A stretch of 46,523 bases of DNA from a virus (lineage: Duplodnaviria; Caudoviricetes). A program made the position numbers and the translations under genes. This document shows positions 25,289 to 36,397 of the stretch, in pieces. The notes beneath the pieces are model-generated. The model was given only the letters and a program-made list of their open reading frames with translations. It ran no database searches and was not told the DNA's origin. Location of the stretch: positions 1 through 46,523 of IMG/VR virus record IMGVR_UViG_3300037790_000021. One strand, 5' to 3'. The stretch's first letter is position 1. Every line of letters begins with the position of its first letter.

Positions 25289-25312
25289 ATCTGAAATATA
25301 GCCGGGGCACTT

Positions 25313-28300
25313 ATGGCACAGGATATTGTTGACTTACGGATTGAAGCCGAAAACCTTGCAAGCGAACGTTTGATAAAGGCTGCGGAAGACGTACAAGGAC
25401 TTGGTAGAACTGCTGAAAAAGCACAGAAGCAAGTCGAACAACTAGAAATTACACGCGAATCACTGAACAGCTTTGAACAGGCCAGTAACCGCATTGACGA
25501 ACTGCAAACGGAAGTTGCACAGGCCGAAACTCAGTATAAGAGTCTTCGCGAAGAAGTGCGTAAGTCAAAGGACGTTACGGAAGATCAGACCACGGCAATG
25601 AATCGGCAGAAGCAGGTCGTCAAGCAACTACAGGGTGACTTGCGACAGGCTGAACGTGAATACCGCAACATAGACAGTTCACTTCGTCAGGCAGGTGTTA
25701 ACACGCGTGCATTCGCTACTGAACAAGAGCGATTAAATACAGAGTTGGTTCAGGCACGTGGCGAAGCAGAAAAACTTAACCGCACCTATGAAGAACAAGT
25801 TGCTAATCTTCGTGAGCGAGTCACAGAACAACGCAAGGCAGCGAATCAGGCCAAGGCTGAATCGGAAGCGCAAGAGCGCTTAACAGACAAGATTGAAGAA
25901 CAGAACCGGGCACGTAGGGAAGCTGTTGAATCGGCACGTCAGGAAGCAGCAGCGAATAAAGAACTGGCTGCGACCATAACCCGGTACGAACGTGAACTTA
26001 CCAGACTCAATGAAGAAAAAGCCGAAGGTAACATAACCACCGGGCAGTACATTCGTGCAGAAGCAAACCTTCGTAGGCAGATGCAACTTACATCGTCGCA
26101 GGTCACGACCAGCAGACGTGCAATCGAAGCTGACATTGAAAACAAGGACAAGGCCAGCCGTGCCACTGACGCATTGACTTCTGTTACCCGTAGGCTTGCA
26201 CAGGCTTACACTGTTCTAATAGCAGCACAGACAGCAGCACAGGCAGCGATAGGTAACGTACAAGAGTACGGTAAGTTAGAATCTGCCGTGGTTAATATCG
26301 AACGTACAACAGGGCTTGCAGCAGACCAAGTTACGAACCTTGCTGACCAGATTATTGACCTATCCAAAAACGTTACACCTACAGCCACCAGCGAACTATT
26401 ACGCTTTGCAGAAGTGGCAGGTCAGTTAGGTGTAGATAGCACTGCTGATATTCTCAACCTTGTTGCTGCGGCAGACCAGTTAGGTGTTGCTACTAACATT
26501 GCTGGTGATGAAGCTGCGACCCTGCTAACGCGCATACTTCAAACTACTGGTGAAGGTGTACCGTCGATTCAGAACCTAGCGTCTTCTGTTGTTCAGCTAG
26601 GTAACAACTTCGCTACTACTGAAAGTGAAATCGTAAACTTCACACGTAACATTGTAACCGCGACACGTGATATTAACCTGTCGTCTGCTGGTGCTGCGGC
26701 ATTAGGTACTGCACTGTCAGTGACTGGCCTACAAGCAGAAGCGTCACGTACAGCCATTGGTCGTCTATCTCAGACAATCAGACGTGCGGCTACAGAAGGT
26801 GGTAACAGTCTTGAAGCACTTGCCAACATTACGGGCATGACAGCAGATGAAATTCAGGACAGTCTAGGTGAACGTTCTGAACAGGTAATATTGAACTTCG
26901 TACAGGGTCTTTCTGACTTGCGTGACGAAGGTGCTGTAACGTTAGACGTACTACGCAGGTTCGGCATTGACGGTCAGGAAGCGGCACAGGTATTCGGTGG
27001 TCTTGCTTCACAAGTTGACACACTGCGTGACGCTATCAATCAGTCTAACGAAGCCTACGCAGCAGGTAACGCGCAGGTAATCGAAGCGGCACGTGCATAC
27101 GCTACGCAAGAATCAGCAGTTGGTCGTTTAAGCAACACGTTCACTGCCCTGCGTGCAAATATCGGTGAAGCGTTCAGTGACGAAACTGACGTGCTGGTAC
27201 GTAGACTTACTGACAACCTCAACGGGTCAGAACAGGCACTGATTGACATATTTGAAATCATACCTGATGTAGTGTCAGGCTTTGACGACCTGCTAGGTGT
27301 AGTAGACAACTTAGCGAACGTGTTTGGTTCTGATTTAGGTAACGCATTTGACGGTGTGGTTGAGGGTTTCACGATCTTTGCCAACGCTCTAACGTCAGGC
27401 TTCAATACACTAATACTATTAGCGCAAAGCACACAGCTTGCCTTTGCAGAATTTGGTGCGTCTGTTGCTGAATACTTTGGTGCTGAACCTAATACCGAAT
27501 TGCTAGACACTCTACGTGAGCGTGTACAGGCCACCAAGGAATCTATCTTGCGAGATAGTGATGATATAGGCCAATCACTAGATAGACTCGCTGGAACGTC
27601 CTCACGTCGATATGAAGACCTTATTGAAGCCACTGATAGGTACAAGGACGCTATAACTACGCTGACGCAGGAACAGCAGAACCAGTTGCAGCAGATACTT
27701 GACCAGAACCGTTACATTCCTGAGAACGAACAGGCGTATCAAGACCTTACTGCTGCGTTGGTACGTGCTAACCGTCAGAAGGAAATTGAAGCCGAACTTA
27801 CTGAACGTAACCGGGCACTGGCTGAACAGGCACGTGCTGCGGCACAACAGGAAGCAGACGCTAAAGAGCAAATCGCTGTAGCGCTAGGTTTCAAGAACGC
27901 TGAAACACGTGAAGAAATCGACCTTTCTGTAGAATTAAGCACGCGCATTACTGAACTTAATGAAAAGTATCGTCAGGGTAAGATTGACGCTACGGAATTA
28001 GTAAATCAGATAAGCGCACTTAATATTGAGTACGACACGCAGAACGCTAAGATACAATCTGTCAAGGCTAATCGTGAACAAGAGATACAGGCCACACAAA
28101 GCCTAATCACAGAGATTGCCTCGTTGGTTCAGCAATACCGTGACGGTGAGATAACGTTAGAGCAGTACAACCAACGTCAGGCCGAACTAGAAGGTCAGTT
28201 GACCAGAACCAATGCTGCGCTTGTGAGTGCTGCACAGACTACAGGTTTCGTGACACGTGAACAGGCCAACTTGCAGGTTGAGATTAATAAGACCAAGCAG

Positions 28301-29509
28301 AACGTTATCGACCTGACTTTTGCACTGGAACAGCAAGGTCTTACTGAACAGGAAATCATTGACACCACTGCCAAGCTGCGTGCAGAGAAAGAAAAGCTGA
28401 ACGCACTATCAGTTGAAGAAGTTCGCCTTAATGAAATTTCTAACGCGTCATACTTCCAGTTACAGCAACAACGTCAGCAAGCAATTACAGACTTGCAGCA
28501 GTTACAGTTGCAATATGAAGCTGGCAGTATAACTACTGGTGAGTACCAAGAGCGTCAACGCGTGCTGGCACAGACCATAAGCGAATTGAATGCAATATTA
28601 GGTCAAAACACTGAGGAACTTGAAGCCAATACTACTGCCACTAAACGTAACGCAGATGCTGTTCAAGATCAGGGTAGAAAGGTTCAACAGGCAACGACCT
28701 ACACCAACTTATACGGTCAGGCCAACGCATACCTTAATGAGCAGTTCAACTTTGCCAATCAATCGTCTGCTGACCTTTCTAAGCGCGTGGATGAACTACA
28801 GGGTAAGATTAGTAACAATAACCGGGTGACAAATATCTGGTGGCGCGAACTTGCGCAGTTGAACAATCAGGGTTTCGAGCGTGAGAAGCAGTTAATCAAT
28901 GAAACATTGTTGCTGCGCAGGTACACGAATGCTGTTCAGAACGGCAACCTGTCACTGGAACAGTTGAACAACATTTCACGTGCAGCTAGTGCCAACATTA
29001 GAACGCTTGGTGATAACCAGCTTGAACCGTTGCGTAATGCTATTGCTGACGCTAAACGTGAATTCCAAGACCTCAATGAAAGCATTGACGATGCACTGAA
29101 CGATACACTTGACCGACTTGACGAAGTTAAGGGTAATCAAGAAGAAATTGTTAAGCGCAGGTATGCAGAAGAAAAGCGTCAGTACGAAGAACTACTTCGT
29201 CTAGCACAAGATTCTGGTGACGCAGCAGCAGTAAGACGTGCGCGTCAGGCACTGCGTAACTTAGAAGAAGCGCAACGGTTAGAGTTTCAGCAGCAGTTCA
29301 GCAACAACAACTCTAATAACAACAGTTCTAACAATACTAGTAATTCTAGCCAGAACAACAATACTAATGTACAAACACAGACATACAGGGTGCAGCTTGA
29401 CCTACCTGACGGTGGTACTACCTCAGTAAACCTAGCTGACCAATCTAGTGTAGCTAGACTACTGGAAGCCCTAGAAAGTCTAGGTGAAGTGTCACAACAA
29501 GGGGGATAA
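25313..29509 (+). CDS. tail tape measure protein
   Basis: 1398 aa, helical and Ala/Gln/Glu-rich; TP901-type core (AEVAGQLGV, VQLGNNFATTESEI). Confidence 0.92.
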   Translation: MAQDIVDLRIEAENLASERLIKAAEDVQGLGRTAEKAQKQVEQLEITRESLNSFEQASNRIDELQTEVAQAETQYKSLREEVRKSKDVTEDQTTAMNRQKQVVKQLQGDLRQAEREYRNIDSSLRQAGVNTRAFATEQERLNTELVQARGEAEKLNRTYEEQVANLRERVTEQRKAANQAKAESEAQERLTDKIEEQNRARREAVESARQEAAANKELAATITRYERELTRLNEEKAEGNITTGQYIRAEANLRRQMQLTSSQVTTSRRAIEADIENKDKASRATDALTSVTRRLAQAYTVLIAAQTAAQAAIGNVQEYGKLESAVVNIERTTGLAADQVTNLADQIIDLSKNVTPTATSELLRFAEVAGQLGVDSTADILNLVAAADQLGVATNIAGDEAATLLTRILQTTGEGVPSIQNLASSVVQLGNNFATTESEIVNFTRNIVTATRDINLSSAGAAALGTALSVTGLQAEASRTAIGRLSQTIRRAATEGGNSLEALANITGMTADEIQDSLGERSEQVILNFVQGLSDLRDEGAVTLDVLRRFGIDGQEAAQVFGGLASQVDTLRDAINQSNEAYAAGNAQVIEAARAYATQESAVGRLSNTFTALRANIGEAFSDETDVLVRRLTDNLNGSEQALIDIFEIIPDVVSGFDDLLGVVDNLANVFGSDLGNAFDGVVEGFTIFANALTSGFNTLILLAQSTQLAFAEFGASVAEYFGAEPNTELLDTLRERVQATKESILRDSDDIGQSLDRLAGTSSRRYEDLIEATDRYKDAITTLTQEQQNQLQQILDQNRYIPENEQAYQDLTAALVRANRQKEIEAELTERNRALAEQARAAAQQEADAKEQIAVALGFKNAETREEIDLSVELSTRITELNEKYRQGKIDATELVNQISALNIEYDTQNAKIQSVKANREQEIQATQSLITEIASLVQQYRDGEITLEQYNQRQAELEGQLTRTNAALVSAAQTTGFVTREQANLQVEINKTKQNVIDLTFALEQQGLTEQEIIDTTAKLRAEKEKLNALSVEEVRLNEISNASYFQLQQQRQQAITDLQQLQLQYEAGSITTGEYQERQRVLAQTISELNAILGQNTEELEANTTATKRNADAVQDQGRKVQQATTYTNLYGQANAYLNEQFNFANQSSADLSKRVDELQGKISNNNRVTNIWWRELAQLNNQGFEREKQLINETLLLRRYTNAVQNGNLSLEQLNNISRAASANIRTLGDNQLEPLRNAIADAKREFQDLNESIDDALNDTLDRLDEVKGNQEEIVKRRYAEEKRQYEELLRLAQDSGDAAAVRRARQALRNLEEAQRLEFQQQFSNNNSNNNSSNNTSNSSQNNNTNVQTQTYRVQLDLPDGGTTSVNLADQSSVARLLEALESLGEVSQQGG

Positions 29510-29512
29510 CAA

Positions 29513-29920
29513 ATGACAACTTTGACTGACGGAACAACAACGGTGACCTTGCCCGACTCTATGCAATGGGTAGATGAATTCGATTTTTCACCTGTAACAC
29601 AAGACGTGCAGCGTACAATCGGTGGTGGTTTCATTGTACAGGAAGGTTCACTTAGCTATGGTCAACCTGTAACGTTACAAGGTGGTGAAAACGTGTGGAC
29701 TACACGACAGGTGTTGAAACAAATTCAAACCCTTGCAAGTGTACCCAATAAAGCGCTAGTATTAACACTAGCTGATGGGCGCACATTCGACGTTATATTC
29801 AGACGCGATAACGGTAACCCGTTCAGTGCCGTACCACTATGGCGCAAGGACGTTAGCGTTGACGCTGACAGAGTAAAAAGAATCGTCCTTAGATTCTACA
29901 CAATTCAAGGTGAAGCATAA
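29513..29920 (+). CDS. distal tail protein-like
   Basis: LPDSMQWVDEFDFSPV.Q...TIGG...GQPVTL; immediately after the tape measure gene. Confidence 0.7.
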   Translation: MTTLTDGTTTVTLPDSMQWVDEFDFSPVTQDVQRTIGGGFIVQEGSLSYGQPVTLQGGENVWTTRQVLKQIQTLASVPNKALVLTLADGRTFDVIFRRDNGNPFSAVPLWRKDVSVDADRVKRIVLRFYTIQGEA

Positions 29921-32900
29921 TGCCAATTAAAAATACTGACATTGTTCTGTTCCAATCACAGGACAACACCGATAATGATAACGGGGGTGGTGCACGTACT
30001 AACAACGTTGTTGAAGACGGTGCTGTCAATAACTTATTTCCTGACATTAACCGGGTGGACACTGTTGCAGGTGACGTTGCGCTACGCAAAGTTTTTCCAG
30101 TAGTTAATACTGACTCACGTGAGGTTTACTACGGTGCACACGCAATGATTCGTAAGACACCTGACGACGAACGTGTGAGTGCGCTACTGTTCTACACAGA
30201 CGATGCGGTTGATACGCGTGTACAGGCACAGGCTGATGTTGAGTCATACTTAGTACCATCGTTTCAAACCCCTTTCTATCTGTTTGGTTCTAATATCGAA
30301 GGTGCAAAGGCTGTTACGTTCTTACAGCGATTAGAAGAAGACATTCCGCTGGTAGGTGAAGTGTTCCTACTTCGCGAAGAAAATAACGAACAGTACTTTA
30401 GGGTTTCCAATGTTGAAGATAAGGAAGTTATACTTTTCTTCGACGGTAAAGAGTACAGACGCAGACGTTTGATTATTACCATTGACCAACCACTAAAGGT
30501 TAGCTTTACAGGTTCAGAGTTCGACCCTTCCGGGCAGCAGCCTAACACCTGTGATACGTTCGCTACTCAGGTTGCAGATGCTGCGAAATTCTACGGTAAC
30601 AAGCCACTGACTCAGGACGCACTAGCTGGTGATACACTGTTGCAATTAAGCAGCATTTACGAACAGTTAGTACCTGCCAGCAAGCAACAAACACCTATCA
30701 TTAATCAGCAAGCGTTGCAGGGTGGTCTTATTGTTTTGGGTGAACCTAATTCACCTAATATAGTTCGCAGAATTGCAATGAGTAGTAACTCACGAAATGA
30801 TTCATTTGGTGTACCTGTAGTGCCCGGTTCAATCCAATTCAGCAGCTTTGTTGACGATGGGTTAGGTACTGTGTCTAGTGGTACTACTACGTTCACTGTT
30901 GACTACACTACAGGTGACGTAACGCTTATTCAGGGCAGCAGTATTTCGGCAGACTTTCAGTTTCAAACTGGTGAACTTTTTGAAACCGCAATCCAGTACA
31001 GTAGCGGCATACTTGTAACCACTGAGAATCAGGGCACGGTGTACATTCAAAACGTTGCACCAGTACCAACTAACGGCAGTTGCTACGTTGATTATCGTGC
31101 TAACGGTAAGTGGTATCGAATCACTGGTAAACCTGACGGTTCACTGGAAGGTGCAGGTGGTATAGGTGCAGGTCTAATCAACAACAACGGTGACGGTACT
31201 GCAACAATATCTGTAACGTTAGGTCGTGTGCCTGATATTGACAGCACAGTAATCTTTTCGTGGGGGTCACTAGACATGGTGAACCGCGTAAGAGAAGAAG
31301 CACTTGCTGACCATGACCAGTATTTTGAATGGGTTTTACCTCATAAATTCATTGATCCTAACAATTGTTCATTTCAATATTTCGGGCGCGGTTCTAGCAC
31401 CGTTAGCACCATAGATTTTTCAACAGGTCTTACACAAACAGGTCAACAACTTAACTTCACACTTGACCCTATACAAGGCGTGATACGGGCACGTTGGACT
31501 GGTCAGGGGTTTCCCTTTACTCCGGGGCTTGGTTATGAATCATACGGTTCAACTCAATACCTAACACTTGATTATAACTATGCTGACCCACCGACAGCAG
31601 GTGAAACAGGTGAGCGTAAGTTTATCAACAACCCTGCGTTTAATAATCCATCAGAGGGTGTATGGACTTATAACATTGGTGAAACCATTACACCAGAAGG
31701 TTTAGTGTTAAACCTAACATTATACAATGAACAGGCGGCACTTTTTAGGTATGCTGGTTCACCTGCACCGTACACTGATGTAACCCTTGTGGCTGGTGCA
31801 GATAGAATATTGCGAATAGACGGTGCTGGTTCAGCGTGGGGTACAGTTGATACAAACGGTCTAATTACAATCAACATACCGACCAAACCACGTCAAACAG
31901 CTACGATTGTTCAGATTGACGGTAATAGTTTTCCTAAGTATCAAACTGCTAACAAAGCGGTTGTGAGTATTGACCGTGTTGCACAGGTTGAGTACAGCAG
32001 TGAGAACTTGACTACATTTCCTAATAACTTCACTGGCACACTTGATAACCGTGATATAATGACGTTGAAAGTGGTACTACTACCTAATATTGTAGGTAAC
32101 TTTCACTTCGGTCTTTTTGAAACAACAGTTACTCAAAAAGGTAACTTTACTTGTTATGTACAGGGTAATGAGGTTTATCAAGGTATCGACACGCCACGTC
32201 AAATAGGCCAGATTGAACGTGAAAAAGGTGTGCTTACTATCGACTTTGCAGGTGGTAACTTCCAAATATCGGGCAACACTAACGATATGGATTTACAGCT
32301 ATCAAACCTGTTCGTGGTTACGAATAACCCTACGTCTAACATTCGTCGTGAAGTGTTCAAGGCAGGTGCTACGGACTTGGTAACTTCATCGTTCATACTG
32401 CGCTATTCAACTGTGAACGGTCAGTTTGTTGCTACCACTAATGCAAGTGGTGAGTTCTCAGGTACTGACATTGACACGGTTAAGAGTTACGTTGATGTGG
32501 TTAACGGTGCAGTGTATGTAGAGTTTACAGCAGATATTAACCCTGACACGCTGCGATTCGACTGTGTTGCTCAAACAACGCTACCACTTGACCCTGAGTT
32601 GCTAGGTCTTAACCCGGTGCGTTTGCCACCAGACGGTAAAGTTCCAATCTTCTACCCCGGTGCGTTTGTGGTAATCTTCAATGAGGAATCTACCGCTATA
32701 AGTACACCATCAGCAGGTACTGTTGAAACACTAGGTCGTAGTGGTCAATCGTATATCGAAGTGGTGGACGCTAACGGTCAACGATTAGCATACGATCAGT
32801 ACGTCAGCAACCGTGAAGCTGGCACTGTGACATTCGCAGACCCGTTAGCCTTGGTTGACCGTAATGGTGAAGCACTGACAGCACCTTATAGCATAATTGA

Positions 32901-33468
32901 CCGTGTTGAAGATATGGCAATGTGCACAGACGCTTCGGTGACTGGCTCTATAAGCATTTCAGCACCTTTGTCACGTGATTACCTTGGTGGGCAGACAAGA
33001 GTTGCGTCAGCGCTTGTATGGGGCGATATTGGGGCACGTGTGTTCAACCTCTTTAGTCAACAATCTTTTGATATATGGTCAGACAACCCAACCACGTCAG
33101 GTATCAATGCGCAGTTCGATAACGTTAACTTTCCTATTCAGATTAACAACAAGGACAGCTTCACAGGTCGGTGGGCATTTATCTTCACCAGTAGCACCAC
33201 TGTTGACGTGATTAGTGAAAAGCTAGGTACGATACTAGAAGACGCTAGTATTAATGCTGACATTGCACCTATCAACCCTGCAACTGGTTTACCATACTTC
33301 ACCGTGCCGTCTGGTGGTTGGGGTGGTGGTTGGCTCACAAGTAACGTACTACGATTCAATACAGAATCAGGTGCTGAAAATATGTGGGTCATTCGAACTG
33401 TTCAATCTGGTGCACTTAGCGAACAGACTGACAGCATTGACATTGAAATTAGAGGGGATGTTAACTAA
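29920..33468 (+). CDS. large tail tip or baseplate structural protein
   Basis: NGGG...DGAVNNLFPDI...LRKVF N-terminus; LDPELLGLNPVRLPPDGKVP; beta-rich. Confidence 0.8.
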   Translation: MPIKNTDIVLFQSQDNTDNDNGGGARTNNVVEDGAVNNLFPDINRVDTVAGDVALRKVFPVVNTDSREVYYGAHAMIRKTPDDERVSALLFYTDDAVDTRVQAQADVESYLVPSFQTPFYLFGSNIEGAKAVTFLQRLEEDIPLVGEVFLLREENNEQYFRVSNVEDKEVILFFDGKEYRRRRLIITIDQPLKVSFTGSEFDPSGQQPNTCDTFATQVADAAKFYGNKPLTQDALAGDTLLQLSSIYEQLVPASKQQTPIINQQALQGGLIVLGEPNSPNIVRRIAMSSNSRNDSFGVPVVPGSIQFSSFVDDGLGTVSSGTTTFTVDYTTGDVTLIQGSSISADFQFQTGELFETAIQYSSGILVTTENQGTVYIQNVAPVPTNGSCYVDYRANGKWYRITGKPDGSLEGAGGIGAGLINNNGDGTATISVTLGRVPDIDSTVIFSWGSLDMVNRVREEALADHDQYFEWVLPHKFIDPNNCSFQYFGRGSSTVSTIDFSTGLTQTGQQLNFTLDPIQGVIRARWTGQGFPFTPGLGYESYGSTQYLTLDYNYADPPTAGETGERKFINNPAFNNPSEGVWTYNIGETITPEGLVLNLTLYNEQAALFRYAGSPAPYTDVTLVAGADRILRIDGAGSAWGTVDTNGLITINIPTKPRQTATIVQIDGNSFPKYQTANKAVVSIDRVAQVEYSSENLTTFPNNFTGTLDNRDIMTLKVVLLPNIVGNFHFGLFETTVTQKGNFTCYVQGNEVYQGIDTPRQIGQIEREKGVLTIDFAGGNFQISGNTNDMDLQLSNLFVVTNNPTSNIRREVFKAGATDLVTSSFILRYSTVNGQFVATTNASGEFSGTDIDTVKSYVDVVNGAVYVEFTADINPDTLRFDCVAQTTLPLDPELLGLNPVRLPPDGKVPIFYPGAFVVIFNEESTAISTPSAGTVETLGRSGQSYIEVVDANGQRLAYDQYVSNREAGTVTFADPLALVDRNGEALTAPYSIIDRVEDMAMCTDASVTGSISISAPLSRDYLGGQTRVASALVWGDIGARVFNLFSQQSFDIWSDNPTTSGINAQFDNVNFPIQINNKDSFTGRWAFIFTSSTTVDVISEKLGTILEDASINADIAPINPATGLPYFTVPSGGWGGGWLTSNVLRFNTESGAENMWVIRTVQSGALSEQTDSIDIEIRGDVN

Positions 33469-34577
33469 TGGCAAACTGGTACACACACCCTTTGACTGGT
33501 GAAAATATCATGCCGCGTGCTAAGTATGTGTCACGACCTTCTGCCATAGCCGGACTCAAAGCGCTTGACGTTTGTGAGTTCTGGAAAAATGAATTTGGTC
33601 TGACACGAACTTCTACCAACGGCACACCCACGTACAGTGATGCTTCTAATTTAAGAGGTACTATTGACTACTTTGGTGCTTCAACGTCAGACTGGCGTGT
33701 TTCACCTGAAACTGACGTTAGCGGTTATTCATCAAGAACATCGTGGTCAGGTAGATTTTGTATGTGCTTCCATCATACAAGCTACCCTTTGACATTCGGT
33801 TACTCAGATGCACCACAAGTGGATATGCAATCACTGACAGGTTATACAGTACCAGCGTTTTACACAGGTCGTTACTTGCCGTGGCTTGGCGTGTTCATAG
33901 GTGAACGTGACAACCCGTATTATTTTCTTCGTAATGTACAGGCAGGTGCTGAACCGGGCATTAATGCTTACGTTAATAACAACTACAATAGTACACCTGC
34001 AACGGGGAACTTGGTTATATATAGGTTTCCACTAGGCGATAACTTTGATTCAACTAACGTTCTTTGCTGGTTGATTGTTAGGATGGTGTTAAAGAACAGG
34101 GGTGGTACAACTGCGAGTATTGCAGGTTATGAAACTGTAGGCGTGGAATACTTCATTGAATCGGTTGACACAATCACACCCGGTGCTAACGTTGAAGTGC
34201 ATTTCTTTACACTCAACGAAGGTGACAGTACACCTGCAAGTAGTTCAACCACGATAACCGCAGTAGATGGTGATTCGTTTTCTTTAGAAGGGGGCATGTC
34301 ACACTACATAGCACTTCGTGAAGAACTTCAAGACCCTGAATTATTCACGGTGTTGGGTGGTACAGTGACTGACGGTGGTGTACCTGTCGAACGTGACGTA
34401 CACATACTTGAAGGTGCTTCGTTTGGCCTAGTAGGTTCTACTAGAAGCGCGTCTGACGGTTCGTGGTCGTATACTGTTAGACCTGATACTGAATACTGTG
34501 TAATCTGTCGTGATGAAGGTACAACACCTAGAAATTCATTAATTTTCGATAGAGTATATGGAAGTAATCAACTGTGA
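33468..34577 (+). CDS. putative receptor-binding or tail accessory protein
   Basis: Beta-rich N part; C-terminal GTVTDGGVPVERDV...STRSASDGSWSY...NSLIFDRV adaptor-like domain. Confidence 0.6.
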   Translation: MANWYTHPLTGENIMPRAKYVSRPSAIAGLKALDVCEFWKNEFGLTRTSTNGTPTYSDASNLRGTIDYFGASTSDWRVSPETDVSGYSSRTSWSGRFCMCFHHTSYPLTFGYSDAPQVDMQSLTGYTVPAFYTGRYLPWLGVFIGERDNPYYFLRNVQAGAEPGINAYVNNNYNSTPATGNLVIYRFPLGDNFDSTNVLCWLIVRMVLKNRGGTTASIAGYETVGVEYFIESVDTITPGANVEVHFFTLNEGDSTPASSSTTITAVDGDSFSLEGGMSHYIALREELQDPELFTVLGGTVTDGGVPVERDVHILEGASFGLVGSTRSASDGSWSYTVRPDTEYCVICRDEGTTPRNSLIFDRVYGSNQL

Positions 34578-36397
34578 ATCCTAGTGATTTAAAGTTCGAC
34601 TTTGGGGGTGATTTATATACACCCCCTGCACAAGACAACATAGCGTTTGAGGAACGTGACCGTACCCATGTAACCCCGTATGGTACTAACGTTAACTTCT
34701 ACCTACCTGACGAACTTTACACCCCACCTGTTCAAGACAGCGTTAACTTTTCGTTTGGTTTTGCAGAAGTAATACCACCAGATTCAGATGAAGACACGTT
34801 ACCACTAACCAGTGCAGTATACGGTACACGTTGGAAGGGTGAAGCCAAACCAATAAATGTCAGCACTGCCGTACCGTGGGGTGTAACAGAGATATTCTAT
34901 AACGTTACAGCTTTGGATATTTCAAACCGTGACACTGCTCTATTCGCTAGTTTCATGGAACGTGCTGATATGTACATAAACTATTTGTACAGCAGCACCA
35001 ACGTCATAAGTACAGCAGTAGTAGCACCTATTCAGGCAGTTACAGGTGTGGTGTTACTACGCTTTGATGGTCTTGAAATTGTTTATACTGATTGGGAAGT
35101 TTCAAGTAGTTATGAGTTTGATGAAGTTCAGGCTAACACCGGGTCGCAATGGTTTCGCACAGTTCCTAACGATCACAGTTATACATTCAATTGGGATGAA
35201 TTTGAAAAGTACGAAGCTGGCTATAGGTTGAAGTTTGAAAAGACATTTAAACCGCAAGACATTGACCAGACTTTGCGTTGGGGGTATGGCCTAAACAACT
35301 TTATAGTGGGTGGCAGCACTAATATACCAAGCAACCCGGAAGACGGTCTTGTTGAACCCCCTGACGGTGAAATAATAGAACACATAAACTATGAGGTATA
35401 CCGCGTTGTGAACATAGTAAACATTAAGGTCGCAGGTACTAATAACACGGTGCAGTTCGATAACTTTTCAATACAGACAGATATTGAATCGTTCGCGTGG
35501 ACTGCAACGTTTGACGTACTAGACAAGGCCAGCTTCGAATTAATTAGACCTGTCGGTAGAACACTTAAAACTATCGACATTGAAATTAACAATGAAACAT
35601 TCACCTTGGTTGTGGCAAAGGGCAGTATACAGCGCAGACAGGGTAAGGTGGTTTACCGTTGTAGTGGATGGTCGCGCACTAAGCTACTGGCAGACCCTTA
35701 TGCAGCTAAACGCAGCTACAAGGACACACAGGCACGTACTGCTGCACAGATTGTAGATATGGAACTGACAGGTACAGGTTTTACCTACACATGGTCTACC
35801 GTCGATTGGCAAGTACCTGTAGGTGTACACAGTTATCAGGACAAGACCCCATTAGGTGCTATTATCGCAGTAGCTGAATCGGTGGGTGCTGTGGTAGTAC
35901 CACACCCTTCACTGCTACAATTTGATATTAGGCCACATTACCCGGTAAGCCCTTGGCAATGGGATTCAGCAGGTCTTAACCGCAGCATGAATGAGTTGCA
36001 GTTTTTTGAGATAAGCAACGACCCTGTACCTAAACCAAATCCTGACGGTGTGTACGTATACGGTGAGGATAATAACGGTGTTGGTGTGAAAGCCGTGCGC
36101 AGCGGTAAGCCCGGTACTGCACTCTTGCCTGACGTTGTGAACAAGTACATAACAGACAACGTTGCAGGGCAAGAGCGCGGTAGGGTTGAAGTATCTAAGA
36201 ACTGCTTCATTGACCGATATACCATGACCACATACGTAGATGAAAACGGAATCATTAAACCGCATGAGTTGGTTAGGTTCACAGATACTGACGGTGGTAC
36301 ATGGCGCGGCATGGTCTTGTCTGTTAAAGTGGATTGCAACCGTGTAGGTACAGCATTGATTCAGACTATTCAAGTAGCGAGATTTTACGATGATTAA
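34574..36397 (+). CDS. tail tip hub-like virion protein
   Basis: N-terminal YTPP repeats; C-terminal ESFAW...LLADPYA...ARTAAQI...PVSPWQW. Confidence 0.7.
   Translation: MNPSDLKFDFGGDLYTPPAQDNIAFEERDRTHVTPYGTNVNFYLPDELYTPPVQDSVNFSFGFAEVIPPDSDEDTLPLTSAVYGTRWKGEAKPINVSTAVPWGVTEIFYNVTALDISNRDTALFASFMERADMYINYLYSSTNVISTAVVAPIQAVTGVVLLRFDGLEIVYTDWEVSSSYEFDEVQANTGSQWFRTVPNDHSYTFNWDEFEKYEAGYRLKFEKTFKPQDIDQTLRWGYGLNNFIVGGSTNIPSNPEDGLVEPPDGEIIEHINYEVYRVVNIVNIKVAGTNNTVQFDNFSIQTDIESFAWTATFDVLDKASFELIRPVGRTLKTIDIEINNETFTLVVAKGSIQRRQGKVVYRCSGWSRTKLLADPYAAKRSYKDTQARTAAQIVDMELTGTGFTYTWSTVDWQVPVGVHSYQDKTPLGAIIAVAESVGAVVVPHPSLLQFDIRPHYPVSPWQWDSAGLNRSMNELQFFEISNDPVPKPNPDGVYVYGEDNNGVGVKAVRSGKPGTALLPDVVNKYITDNVAGQERGRVEVSKNCFIDRYTMTTYVDENGIIKPHELVRFTDTDGGTWRGMVLSVKVDCNRVGTALIQTIQVARFYDD

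Noticed and set aside
29300-29370. AAC/AAT-rich microsatellite-like tract
   Set aside because: It encodes an Asn/Ser low-complexity linker at the tape measure C-terminus; not a separate element.
25880-29634. Antisense ORFs within the tape measure gene (and similar shadows in other large genes)
   Set aside because: Typical reverse-frame shadows of biased codon usage.
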